IMG/VR virus record: IMGVR_UViG_3300010157_000061 | Span: 3,700 to 67,699 of that record | DNA: 64,000 nt | Reading direction: 5' to 3' (one strand) | DNA from: a virus | Taxonomy: Duplodnaviria; Caudoviricetes | The notes under the pieces: model-generated | Told to the model about the DNA's origin: nothing | Database searches by the model: none | What the model saw: the letters and a program-made list of their open reading frames with translations, nothing else | Position numbers and translations under genes: made by a program | Shown here: piece by piece, positions 1 to 9,533 of the stretch | Position numbering within the stretch: position 1 is the first letter of the stretch | How the letters are laid out: each line of letters starts with the position of its first letter

Positions 1-225
1 ATCTATAACCTTTACAGTAAGAATACTAAGTTAGAGAAGATGGTGGTTGAGAGGGATCAGATATTATCCGATCTTTCTAATACTATCACAGAATCGGATA
101 GGGTATTAAAAGAGATAGATAAACTAGGTGCTTTTAAGAGTGATGATGAAATAGGAATCTTTTTCACAACCGTTAAAGATATCCAAGCAGCCCTAAATCA
201 ATTCACTACCAACAAGATAAACTAA
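1..225 (+). CDS. hypothetical protein (probably 5'-truncated at window edge)
   Basis: ORF 40..225; the frame is open back to the window start and ends 4 nt before the next gene. Confidence 0.55.
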   Translation: MYNLYSKNTKLEKMVVERDQILSDLSNTITESDRVLKEIDKLGAFKSDDEIGIFFTTVKDIQAALNQFTTNKIN

Positions 226-229
226 CCGA

Positions 230-979
230 ATGGATATATTCACACCCGAGATCGAAATCACACTCACACAACAAGGCACGGTAAGAAAGAGGAAGCCTAA
301 ACAAGCTAATATCTATTTTACCCAAGAGACTGAAGATGCAATCGTAAGATATACTAAGAGTGAAGATGATATAGAGAGGAATGAAATCTTTAATACGCAT
401 ATCAATTATGCCTTTCATAAATTAGCAGAGAATATCATACACACCTTTAAATTTTATTATTCAGAGGTGGAGACGATAGAGGAGTTAAAGCACGAAGTGG
501 TATGCGTACTATTAGAGAAGTTAAAGTTATATAAACAAGAAAAAGGTAAAGCTTACTCGTATTTTGGTACAATTGTAAAGAGGTACTTAATTGTTTACAA
601 TAACAATAACTATAAGAAACTTAAGAATAAAGCTACCTTAGATGAAGTTGATACAGATCAGACTATTGTTGGAGGATTGGTAGATGAAGTGGATTATGAA
701 TTAGGTAGAGTTAATTTTACAGATGTTTATGTAGACTATATTGACGATAAATTATTTACGCTATTTCCTAAAGAAAAAGAGGCTAGAGTAGCAGATGCTA
801 TACTAGAATTATTTAAAAAGAGAGAGAATCTAGATATCTTATCCAAGAAAGCTTTATACATTTATATCCGAGAAATTACAGAAACTAGTACCCCAACCAT
901 TACAAAAGTCATTAAAAAGCTTAAAACTCTCTATAAGAAACTCCACAACAAGTATCTAGAACAAGGACACCCTTCGTAA
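230..979 (+). CDS. RNA polymerase sigma factor-like protein (T4 gp55-like, late transcription)
   Basis: YFTQETEDAIVRY...KLAENIIHTFKF...KGKAYSYFGTIVKRYL resembles sigma region 2 of gp55-type phage sigma factors; C-terminal HTH-like segment (YIREITETSTPTITKVIKKL). Confidence 0.65.
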   Translation: MDIFTPEIEITLTQQGTVRKRKPKQANIYFTQETEDAIVRYTKSEDDIERNEIFNTHINYAFHKLAENIIHTFKFYYSEVETIEELKHEVVCVLLEKLKLYKQEKGKAYSYFGTIVKRYLIVYNNNNYKKLKNKATLDEVDTDQTIVGGLVDEVDYELGRVNFTDVYVDYIDDKLFTLFPKEKEARVADAILELFKKRENLDILSKKALYIYIREITETSTPTITKVIKKLKTLYKKLHNKYLEQGHPS

Positions 980-996
980 TTTTTATAGAAAAGATC

Positions 997-1003
997 TATT
1001 TAT
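997..1003 (+). promoter_or_regulatory. putative late promoter core TATTTAT (first of 23 copies at gene starts)
   Basis: also at 4606, 16310, 21047, 25822, 28743, 31375, 33316, 34088, 34750, 36212, 37412, 39373, 41254, 43800, 46959, 47585, 49431, 55305, 55857, 58422, 59006, 60069. Confidence 0.7.
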
Positions 1004-1019
1004 TAGTAAAGAACAGTGT

Positions 1020-1379
1020 ATGGATTTCGAACAAGAGTTATTTAAAGGTAAGAGTTTTTCATCTCTACTCAAAGATATTTACGATAATAGCAGAAGCAAA
1101 GAAAAACAACTCAAGGATTTAGTCGGCCAGTTAAAAGACATGGTTACTGAACCTGGAGATGCTACTCTAATCGTACCTTTACTACAGGGGTATATGGAGG
1201 TAGCTGTTAAGAATGATGAAGCTTTGATTAAGATGGCGGGCATAGTTCAAAAGGCTATGTCGGTGGCAGCGAAAGCAGAAGGCGATACAGAATTACTATC
1301 TGAAAAAGATAAGGAATTGTTGTTCGCTGAAATTAAAAAGATAGATGTACCTGAAGTAACTAAAAAACTAACTGCTTAA
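1020..1379 (+). CDS. conserved phage protein, helical (possible small terminase subunit)
   Basis: 119 aa helical ORF behind a TATTTAT motif; the function is a guess. Confidence 0.4.
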   Translation: MDFEQELFKGKSFSSLLKDIYDNSRSKEKQLKDLVGQLKDMVTEPGDATLIVPLLQGYMEVAVKNDEALIKMAGIVQKAMSVAAKAEGDTELLSEKDKELLFAEIKKIDVPEVTKKLTA

Positions 1380-1384
1380 TACTT

Positions 1385-2329
1385 ATGGCATCTAACCTAC
1401 TTGGAGTAAATTACAGCCTGTATAACCAAAATCCCACACAGGGTCTAGGACAGGGCACCATCGTAGCTAGGGTCAATAGAATTATTCTAGGTCCTAGAGA
1501 TTCAAGAGGTAATATAGATACGTATTTTAAAAATAACGGTGAATGGGCTAGTGTAGGAGGTATCTTATATACAATACTTTATACAGATCTTTCAGTAGAA
1601 ACTCTAGACAGTATTCGACCTCTAGCACTCCCTATAAGTACGGCGATTAAAAAATACCCTGTAGAAGGAGAGATCGTAGAATTAATCGCCGGTCCATCAC
1701 CTAACTTAAATGATGATGCTTCAAGTAAGCAATACTATTACAGAGAACCGTATAACCTCTGGGGATCAACACATCATAATGCTTTCCCAGACTTAGTTCA
1801 ATACGGTAATTTTACACAAGCTCAACAAACAGGGTATGCTGCAACAGAGGCAGGTGCAACCTATTCAAACGTATCGGAATCAATAAGTTACCCGTTAGGT
1901 GGTACTTTTAAAGAGAAGTCCGATATTAAGAATTTACAGTATTACGAAGGGGATAGTATAGTAGAAGGTAGATGGGGACAGTCAATTAGATTAGGTTCAA
2001 CAGTAAAAGGTAACGGTACGGTTAATCCATGGAGTAGTCAAGGTATAAGTGGTGATCCTATCATTATAATAAGAAATGGTCAAGGTAAACAAACAGTTAA
2101 AGAAGCCTGGATACCTACAATAGAAGATATCAATTCAGATGCTTCCTCTATCTATATCTGCTCAGGACAATCTATCTATATAAAAGATCTAGATAATTAC
2201 CCAATGACTTCTTATGCTAGTAGAACTAAGCCAACAGTAGATCAAGTACAGGCAAGAAATACTGTACCTGTAAGCACAGATTCAACTTCAGCACAGTCTC
2301 AAGCACAAAATCAACTAAACACTAAGTAA
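1385..2329 (+). CDS. baseplate hub/spike protein, N-terminal part (gp5/VgrG-like OB region)
   Basis: KYPVEGEIV..YYY..NLWG..HHNAFP and YEGDSIVEGRWGQSIRLGS motifs typical of gp5-like central spike proteins; lies upstream of gp25/gp6. Confidence 0.5.
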   Translation: MASNLLGVNYSLYNQNPTQGLGQGTIVARVNRIILGPRDSRGNIDTYFKNNGEWASVGGILYTILYTDLSVETLDSIRPLALPISTAIKKYPVEGEIVELIAGPSPNLNDDASSKQYYYREPYNLWGSTHHNAFPDLVQYGNFTQAQQTGYAATEAGATYSNVSESISYPLGGTFKEKSDIKNLQYYEGDSIVEGRWGQSIRLGSTVKGNGTVNPWSSQGISGDPIIIIRNGQGKQTVKEAWIPTIEDINSDASSIYICSGQSIYIKDLDNYPMTSYASRTKPTVDQVQARNTVPVSTDSTSAQSQAQNQLNTK

Positions 2330-2778
2330 TGGCTCAATCATCATATATACCAGAAAAAAGATCTTATAAAGATAACCAGATCATATTGTCATCTGGAAGA
2401 GTGTTGATTCATTCAAAAGATGATAGTACATTAATATTCGGTAAAAAGTCTATCGCTCTATCCTCTCTCGGTACAGTTAACTTTGATGTCTCAAATAGAG
2501 TTATCGTAAATTCACCTAAGATCGAACTAGGATACGAAGCAGAAACTATAGGACAGCCGGTATTACTAGGTAATTCTACAGTACAGTTACTGAATAGAAT
2601 GATTAAGATGCTAGGGGCTTTGAGTGTAGCATTAGGTCAGATATCGGAAACAGAATTAGAGACATCAATACCTGGGATCGTAAAAGCAAGTACAGTTATA
2701 CAAAAGGAATTTCCTCAATTGGCTGCAATTGCAAATCAAAGTGGGGCTTTATTATCACAAGTAACTTATACGAGATAA
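2329..2778 (+). CDS. baseplate spike protein, C-terminal beta-helix-like part
   Basis: QIILSSGRVLIHSK...IVNSPKIELG..QPVLLGN; TAATG overlap with the upstream gene. Confidence 0.5.
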   Translation: MAQSSYIPEKRSYKDNQIILSSGRVLIHSKDDSTLIFGKKSIALSSLGTVNFDVSNRVIVNSPKIELGYEAETIGQPVLLGNSTVQLLNRMIKMLGALSVALGQISETELETSIPGIVKASTVIQKEFPQLAAIANQSGALLSQVTYTR

Positions 2779-4589
2779 TGGCAAAAGGTATAGAAAATGT
2801 TGTAACAAATATATCTAGACAGTTAGGAACTCTAGAAGTAGCGATAGACCAGATCTACTACGGAGATCCTTTGAAAAAAAGCGGAGGTATTAAGTTACCC
2901 GGAACTAGTAAAAATATTAACGGCGTCTTACCTTTAGTTCAAGAGGTGTCTAAATATGATTTGTGTAATATCGTAACAACGACTTTACAGAACGTTAAAC
3001 TAGACGGATTAAGTAGTGCGCTAAGTAAAAAACTAGATAAGGTAAAAGAGCAGGCTCAAAAATTATCCAATCAATTAGATACAAGCCAACTATCGGCAGC
3101 AGTGATCAAGAATCCTGAAAAGAGAGATGCATTACTTACAAGTATAAATGAATTATCGAATTCAATAGATAGTGACGTAGCTGCTATCTCTCCTCAAATA
3201 GTCGTTACTAAGAATTATATAGACGATATAGTAGGAAGTATAACTAATGTGAGTATAGGTAAGGATAACTTAAACCAGATACCTAATGCAGATGTTCAGA
3301 GGATACTATCTGGTATTCAAGGAGTTAGATCGACTCTAGATAACCTAGCTAATCTTGGAACAGCTCAAGACTTAATTAATTTAGCATCTAATGTACCTGG
3401 CCTAAACCTAGCATCTCAGATACAGAATCTACAGAAGACAATCAATCCAGCTCAAATAATACCAGCACTCCAACAGATAACAACTTTACTAAAGAGTATT
3501 AATCAAATAGGATTAAAGATAGTAAGTTACTTAAATATACTACAGATTGTAGGTAAAGTACTAGACGTACTTGTAAAAGTATTCACAGTAGTGAAAGCAG
3601 TACTATCATCAATAGCAATACCAGGACTCTTAACAGTAACTACAATAACAACTAAATTAGCAACTGGGGTTGAAGATCTAAAGAAACAGATCTTAGAAGC
3701 TAAGAAAAGAGTCAGTGAGATACAAGCTTTAATAGATCTAATCTATAATTTTACGATAGGAGTACTAGGTAAGGTAACTGAATTACAAGCTGCTATCGAA
3801 CCATTAATCTATAACTTAGAAGTATGTAAAGCAACAGAGAATTCACCAACATTACAAGGTTTAAAAGATTCTAAAGCAGTACTAAGTAACACAGCCGTTA
3901 ATCTTAAAACCTTTGTAAAGGATTACGCTAATGTAGATAAAAATCAACAAAAATACGGTAGCTATACTTTGAAAATTGTAGAAGAAGAATTAGTAGATAA
4001 TGGAATTAAGTATAAGCGAAGAAAGGCGATCGCTCTAGATCAAAGAGGAGTCTTGGTAGCAGAGACAGAATTAACCTTTGCTACAGATAACAGTATATTA
4101 TTTGAAGAAATAAAACTACTACTGCAAAACTCCGGTCTTCCTATAGAAACAGGTACAGATATTCAGGATACTTATAAGATGTTAGGTATAGTAAATGAAC
4201 AGAAATTAAACACCAATGCAGCAGCAGTTCAGAGAGAGGTATCAAGTTTTGTAGATGGTATTAATAAAGGCGGTAAGAAGTTTAGACGTAAAATGCAACA
4301 ACAATTAGTTAGCTCAACCGCACAGACAGCACAAGGAATTAGATCTGCAGCATTAGCAAACCTAGCTGGCTCTTCATCAAAATATCCTATTCAAGCACAG
4401 ATGCAAACCATCTCAACAGGTACAAAAGTAAATAGTAACCTGTTAACACCTTCTCAAAGAGCAAAGTGGCAGTCGATTTCAACTAGTACAACAGCACCTT
4501 CGATACTAAAGCAAAAAGCAAACCAGGTACTAAAAAATGATCTAGCAGCTCAAGGAGAAGTAGGAATTAGTACTGGTAGAACAAGCTAA
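2778..4589 (+). CDS. hypothetical virion-associated coiled-coil protein
   Basis: 603 aa ORF translationally coupled within the baseplate cluster. Confidence 0.55.
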   Translation: MAKGIENVVTNISRQLGTLEVAIDQIYYGDPLKKSGGIKLPGTSKNINGVLPLVQEVSKYDLCNIVTTTLQNVKLDGLSSALSKKLDKVKEQAQKLSNQLDTSQLSAAVIKNPEKRDALLTSINELSNSIDSDVAAISPQIVVTKNYIDDIVGSITNVSIGKDNLNQIPNADVQRILSGIQGVRSTLDNLANLGTAQDLINLASNVPGLNLASQIQNLQKTINPAQIIPALQQITTLLKSINQIGLKIVSYLNILQIVGKVLDVLVKVFTVVKAVLSSIAIPGLLTVTTITTKLATGVEDLKKQILEAKKRVSEIQALIDLIYNFTIGVLGKVTELQAAIEPLIYNLEVCKATENSPTLQGLKDSKAVLSNTAVNLKTFVKDYANVDKNQQKYGSYTLKIVEEELVDNGIKYKRRKAIALDQRGVLVAETELTFATDNSILFEEIKLLLQNSGLPIETGTDIQDTYKMLGIVNEQKLNTNAAAVQREVSSFVDGINKGGKKFRRKMQQQLVSSTAQTAQGIRSAALANLAGSSSKYPIQAQMQTISTGTKVNSNLLTPSQRAKWQSISTSTTAPSILKQKANQVLKNDLAAQGEVGISTGRTS

Positions 4590-4618
4590 ATTTAGGATTT
4601 AAAAATATTTATAAACAT

Positions 4619-5104
4619 ATGACAAAATTAGATGCATTCAGAAAACTAATAAGAGAGGAGTTGAGACAGGTTCTCAAAGAAGAACTTCGTCCAATTCTTT
4701 TAGAGATGAAAAAACAGCCTCTAAATACAACACCTATAACTAAGACATACACCGATACCTTAAAAGAAAGTATCAAAACAAAAGCACCTGCAGTAAGCAG
4801 AAAACCTACACACCAAGTATCAACAGGAGACCCTATTATGGACCTACTCAATGAAACAGCTTACGGTATGGATACTAGTGAATACAGATCACTTGTAAAT
4901 GCAGATGCAGGAATGGCTCAAGGGTTTCCACAAATGTACCAACAATCTGCAGGTATGCCGATGGCAGAACCTCAAGTTGTAGAATCGGTACAGGAGATGA
5001 TAGCAAGCACAGGACCGGTTACAGATATACATCAAGTTAATATCGATGCTGTACCAGACTTTAGTGCAATGATGCAAACATTAAAAAGTAAAGGCGCAAT
5101 ATAA
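4619..5104 (+). CDS. hypothetical protein (N-terminal KLIREE..LKEE motif)
   Basis: 161 aa ORF behind TATTTATA at 4606. Confidence 0.6.
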   Translation: MTKLDAFRKLIREELRQVLKEELRPILLEMKKQPLNTTPITKTYTDTLKESIKTKAPAVSRKPTHQVSTGDPIMDLLNETAYGMDTSEYRSLVNADAGMAQGFPQMYQQSAGMPMAEPQVVESVQEMIASTGPVTDIHQVNIDAVPDFSAMMQTLKSKGAI

Positions 5105-5523
5105 TGGCATACGTAGTTGGAAATATAAACCCACTTGATTTAAAACCAAGTACTGCAATCGGAGTAGCAATACCCTTCTCTGCACCTAATGTATTTACTT
5201 CAGTATATACAACCCAAGAACAGTTGAAATACAATATCATCAACTACCTACTAACAGGTAGAAGGGAGAGAGTATTTAGACCTACCTTTGGTGCTGGATT
5301 AAGAGAGCAGTTATTTGAACAGATCACCGACGATACTATAGCAACCATAGAAGCTAATATCAGGATAGGGGTGGAAGCTAATTTTCCTAACGTATTAACA
5401 ACAAAGGTACAGGTGAAACCTTTATACGATCAAAACACAATCAACGTACTATTTAGTTATAGTATAGTTAATACTGGTCAGTTAGACCAGATATTTTTAA
5501 ATTTCGCAAATGGCCAGCAATAG
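5104..5523 (+). CDS. gp25: baseplate wedge subunit, gp25-like
   Basis: NIINYLLTGRRERVFRPTFGAGLREQLFE is the GPW/gp25 signature. Confidence 0.85.
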   Translation: MAYVVGNINPLDLKPSTAIGVAIPFSAPNVFTSVYTTQEQLKYNIINYLLTGRRERVFRPTFGAGLREQLFEQITDDTIATIEANIRIGVEANFPNVLTTKVQVKPLYDQNTINVLFSYSIVNTGQLDQIFLNFANGQQ

Positions 5524-7399
5524 TACAAATACAAAAGATATAAAGTATCTTAATAAAGATTTTACTGATTTTAAAGCAGCGTTGATTGAGTATGCTAAAG
5601 CATATTTTCCAACAACCTATAACGATTTCTCAACCGCCTCTCCCGGAACTATGTTCATTGAGATGGCAGCTTATGTAGGTGATGTACTATCATTTTACCT
5701 TGATAATCAGCTACAAGAAACGTTTCTACAGTACGCAAAACAAAAAGATAACCTCTTTACAATGGCGTATATGTTAGGGTATAGACCTAAAATAACATCA
5801 GCAGCAACAGTAGATCTAGATGTATACCAACTACTACCTGCATCAGGCAGCGGTACAAGTTATGCACCTGACTTTAATTACGCTTTGATTATTAACGAAG
5901 GTATGCAAGTAGGTTCAAATACTAATGGAGTATCTAATTTCTATGTACCTGAGAAGATAAACTTCGCTGTTTCTTCATCAAGCAACCCTACTGATATCTC
6001 AGTATATCAGACTTCAGGTAACGTACCAACGTATTATCTGGCTAAGAAAACTGTAAAAGCTCTATCTGGAACAGTTAAAACTACAACATTTACTTTTGAT
6101 GCAGCACAGAAGTTTGACACAAGACTCATCCAAGACACTAACATAATCGAAATAACTAATGTAGTAGACAGTGATGGACATATTTGGTACGAAGTTCCGT
6201 ATCTAGCTCAAGATGTTATCTTAAAAGCTGTACAGAATGTACCTGCTATTAATCCAGATTATGCTGCGTATGCCGGTACTGTACCGTATATCCTAGAATT
6301 ACGAACTGTGCCTAGGAGATTTGCAACTAGATTTAAAACAGATGAAACATTAGAACTACAATTTGGATCTGGTATTAATACGATTAGTGATGAAGCTGTC
6401 TTACCTAATGTAGCTAATGTAGGCATAGGTACAATCGACGGATTGAGTAAGAATAATGTAGCTTATGATCCTGCAAACTTTACAACAACAACGACTTACG
6501 GGTTAGCTCCAAATAGAACCACTCTAACAATAACCTACCTAGTAGGCGGTGGAGCTCAAGCTAACGTACCGGTTAACGAATTAACAAAAGTTATCTCTTA
6601 CGATTCATCTTTCACAGGCGGTGTTGTTAATAATACGGTAGGAGCACAGATACTACAATCAGTCGCAATCAATAATGCTACTCCAGCAGTAGGAGGTGGG
6701 GACGGTGACACTATAGAGCAATTGAGATTAAATACGTTAAATCAATTTCCTTCTCAGATGAGAGCTGTTACTCAACAGGATTATCTAGGATTTGCATATA
6801 ATATGCCTTCTAAATTCGGACAGATTGCTAAGGCATACGTAACCAAGGATGATGTAATCTATAAACAAGATACAGGTGGAGATCAATCTCTAAGTGATCC
6901 TTTAGCTACATCTCTCTATACATTAGCTTATGATATCAATAAGAACTTAATACAACCACCTTTTATATTACAGCAAAATCTTAGAACATATCTATCTCAG
7001 TATAGAATGTTAACAGATGCTATAAATCTAAAGAGTGCTTATGTGATTAATATCGGAGTATCATTTGATGTCATATTAAGACCCAACTATGCTAGTAGAG
7101 ACGTATTAGCACAATGCATCTTAGCAGTACAGGATTACTTTAATATTGATAAATGGCAAATCAATCAACCAATCATAGTATCAGAAATCTATACGTTAAT
7201 AGATCAAATACAGGGTGTGCAAACAGTACAGAAAGTGAATATTACAAATAATACAGGTGAATCATTAGGATATTCTAAATACGCTTACGATATCACAGCA
7301 GCAACGTTGAAAGGAGTTATTTACCCTTCACTAGATCCTTCGATCTTTGAAGTTAAATATCCTTCTACAGATATTCAAGGTAGAGTAGTTACATACTAA
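5510..7399 (+). CDS. gp6: baseplate wedge subunit, gp6-like
   Basis: YLNKDF..F, DFSTASPGTMFIEMAAYVGDVLSFYLD, GGGDGDTIEQLR..QMRAVTQQDY motifs. Confidence 0.85.
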   Translation: MASNSTNTKDIKYLNKDFTDFKAALIEYAKAYFPTTYNDFSTASPGTMFIEMAAYVGDVLSFYLDNQLQETFLQYAKQKDNLFTMAYMLGYRPKITSAATVDLDVYQLLPASGSGTSYAPDFNYALIINEGMQVGSNTNGVSNFYVPEKINFAVSSSSNPTDISVYQTSGNVPTYYLAKKTVKALSGTVKTTTFTFDAAQKFDTRLIQDTNIIEITNVVDSDGHIWYEVPYLAQDVILKAVQNVPAINPDYAAYAGTVPYILELRTVPRRFATRFKTDETLELQFGSGINTISDEAVLPNVANVGIGTIDGLSKNNVAYDPANFTTTTTYGLAPNRTTLTITYLVGGGAQANVPVNELTKVISYDSSFTGGVVNNTVGAQILQSVAINNATPAVGGGDGDTIEQLRLNTLNQFPSQMRAVTQQDYLGFAYNMPSKFGQIAKAYVTKDDVIYKQDTGGDQSLSDPLATSLYTLAYDINKNLIQPPFILQQNLRTYLSQYRMLTDAINLKSAYVINIGVSFDVILRPNYASRDVLAQCILAVQDYFNIDKWQINQPIIVSEIYTLIDQIQGVQTVQKVNITNNTGESLGYSKYAYDITAATLKGVIYPSLDPSIFEVKYPSTDIQGRVVTY

Positions 7400-7428
7400 A
7401 ATAATTAATACCCAAAACTAAAACAAAC

Positions 7429-8049
7429 ATGGATTTAAGTAAATTAAAAGGTAAAATCCCTCAAGCGGTATTAGATATACTGCCTCCGGCTTTTGAAAAG
7501 TACAGTATTAATACCAATCTTAGAGCAGCACATTTTCTAGCTCAAATAGCTCACGAAAGTGGTGACTTTACAATCAAAACCGAGAGTATGAATTACTCTA
7601 CTCCAGCAAGATTAGTAGAAATTTGGCCATCAAGATTTAATTTAGATGGAACAGGTGGTAAGAAAAAAGCGAGTGACTATGTTAAAAACCAAGAAAAACT
7701 TGCTGAAGCAGTTTATGGTGGTAGAATGGGTAACAATAACCCGGGTGATGGTTTCCGTTTTCGTGGTGGTGGTTGGTTACAGTTAACTGGTAAAGAAGCT
7801 TATAAAGGATATGCTACTTACCTAGGTAAAACAGTAGAAGAGACAGCTGATTTATTACGTTCTGATAACAAGTATGCATTAGATGCAGCATGTTGGGAAT
7901 ACTGTATCAATATGAAATTAAACTCTGTAGCGGATCAAGGTGCAACAGAAGAAATTGTAAAGAAAATTACTAAAACTGTTAATGGAGGACATATTGGCCT
8001 AGCAGATCGTCTCAAGCATTTTCAAACATATCACGCGTTACTATCCTAA
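7429..8049 (+). CDS. endolysin, glycoside hydrolase family 19 (chitinase-like)
   Basis: AAHFLAQIAHESG, YGGRMGN..GDGFRFRGGGWLQLTGK, ITKTVNGGHIGLADR. Confidence 0.9.
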   Translation: MDLSKLKGKIPQAVLDILPPAFEKYSINTNLRAAHFLAQIAHESGDFTIKTESMNYSTPARLVEIWPSRFNLDGTGGKKKASDYVKNQEKLAEAVYGGRMGNNNPGDGFRFRGGGWLQLTGKEAYKGYATYLGKTVEETADLLRSDNKYALDAACWEYCINMKLNSVADQGATEEIVKKITKTVNGGHIGLADRLKHFQTYHALLS

Positions 8050-8092
8050 AAAGTAACAATACATTATAGTTATAAGTATAATTATATCAACT

Positions 8093-9190
8093 ATGTCAGT
8101 ATACAAAATATTCCCTGAAAAAGACGCAACCCTTTACTCTAGCTCACCTACCGCTAATGCAGGCCTTGATGAGATTCTAGAAATCTCTTCGATTAATAGT
8201 AATAATGCTATTGGAGTAGCAACGGGACTAGATGATATCAGGAGAACCGTAATAGCGTTTTCCGATCAAGATATCGCAACCATTAAAGGATTTAGAACAG
8301 GATCTTTCCAGGTGAGTCTAAAGATGTATCTAGCCTATGCTTCAGCTCTACCTCAAAACTATACGATAGAATGCTACCCGGTTTCAGAAAGCTGGACGAT
8401 GGGTACAGGTAAGTTTGCTGATGTACCAAACCCATTAAACGGAGTTTGTTGGTCCTCAGTAGGAGCTTATGGTCAATCTGCAGTTTGGAACCCACTAAGT
8501 GGCAGTCACAGCTATTTATATACGACAGGTGGAGGTACATGGAATAGTACTTATTCAGGTTCACAATCTTTCAATTACATTTCAGACAAAGATCTAAACC
8601 TAAATGTAACATCGATAGTAGATAAATGGTTTTCAGGTTCAATTCCAAATTACGGATTACTTCTTAAACTAACTGGATCTTTAGAATTGAATCCTAGTTC
8701 ATCACTAGAAACTAAATTCTTCTCTTTCGATACACATACCATCTACCCACCTTGCCTTGAAATGAAATGGGATGATTCTACCTACGTTACTAGTAGCGGA
8801 GTAGAGACTATAAAGGCAGATGATTTTGTTTTACTAGCTGAAAATAACCCTGGAGATTTTAAAGAAGGTAACAGGTATAGAATGAAGTTTAAAGCTAGAG
8901 ATAGATTCCCAGTTAGGAATTTCGGTACAGGATCGGAGTATTTAAACTGGAAATATCTACCTCAAACAAGTTACTGGTCAATACAAGATTATAAGACTAA
9001 GGAGACGATAGTAGATTTCGATACTACATATACAAAGTTGAGTGCTGATAGTTCAGGAAACTATTTCGTACTCTACACCAACGGATTACAACCAGAAAGA
9101 TCATACAAAGTCTTAGTAAAGACAGTATTAATAGACAGTAACGAAGAAGTAATTTTAGACAACAATATTATATTTAAAGTAATAAGATAA
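8093..9190 (+). CDS. putative structural protein (beta-rich, DNRLRE-like)
   Basis: YKIFPEKDATLYS..NAGLDEILE N-terminus; VTSIVDKW..NYGLLLK; located in baseplate cluster. Confidence 0.5.
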   Translation: MSVYKIFPEKDATLYSSSPTANAGLDEILEISSINSNNAIGVATGLDDIRRTVIAFSDQDIATIKGFRTGSFQVSLKMYLAYASALPQNYTIECYPVSESWTMGTGKFADVPNPLNGVCWSSVGAYGQSAVWNPLSGSHSYLYTTGGGTWNSTYSGSQSFNYISDKDLNLNVTSIVDKWFSGSIPNYGLLLKLTGSLELNPSSSLETKFFSFDTHTIYPPCLEMKWDDSTYVTSSGVETIKADDFVLLAENNPGDFKEGNRYRMKFKARDRFPVRNFGTGSEYLNWKYLPQTSYWSIQDYKTKETIVDFDTTYTKLSADSSGNYFVLYTNGLQPERSYKVLVKTVLIDSNEEVILDNNIIFKVIR

Positions 9191-9191
9191 A

Positions 9192-9533
9192 ATGGTAGAG
9201 CAGGTAAATTTATCCAAGCAAGTCTACGGTACAGCTACCTATACTAGAGTAATCGATACTCAGTTTAAGGAATTGGTTGCACCAACAGAACCTGTTCAAG
9301 CACCTGTAACCGTTGATAGATTCTTTGAATTGTACGATGAATTATTCTTCCAAATACCTATCACAGGCGATATAAATTCACATGAATACTTAGTTAAAAG
9401 AAGTAGTGAATATATAGGCGGAGAGGTATTAACAGATAACGAAAAAGCATTGATTGAAGAGATCAATAGTTTAAGACAACAATTACTTGACGCTAATAAA
9501 AGCATCATAGACATAAGCTCATTAACAGTATAA
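9192..9533 (+). CDS. hypothetical structural protein
   Basis: 113 aa ORF coupled to both neighbours. Confidence 0.55.
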   Translation: MVEQVNLSKQVYGTATYTRVIDTQFKELVAPTEPVQAPVTVDRFFELYDELFFQIPITGDINSHEYLVKRSSEYIGGEVLTDNEKALIEEINSLRQQLLDANKSIIDISSLTV

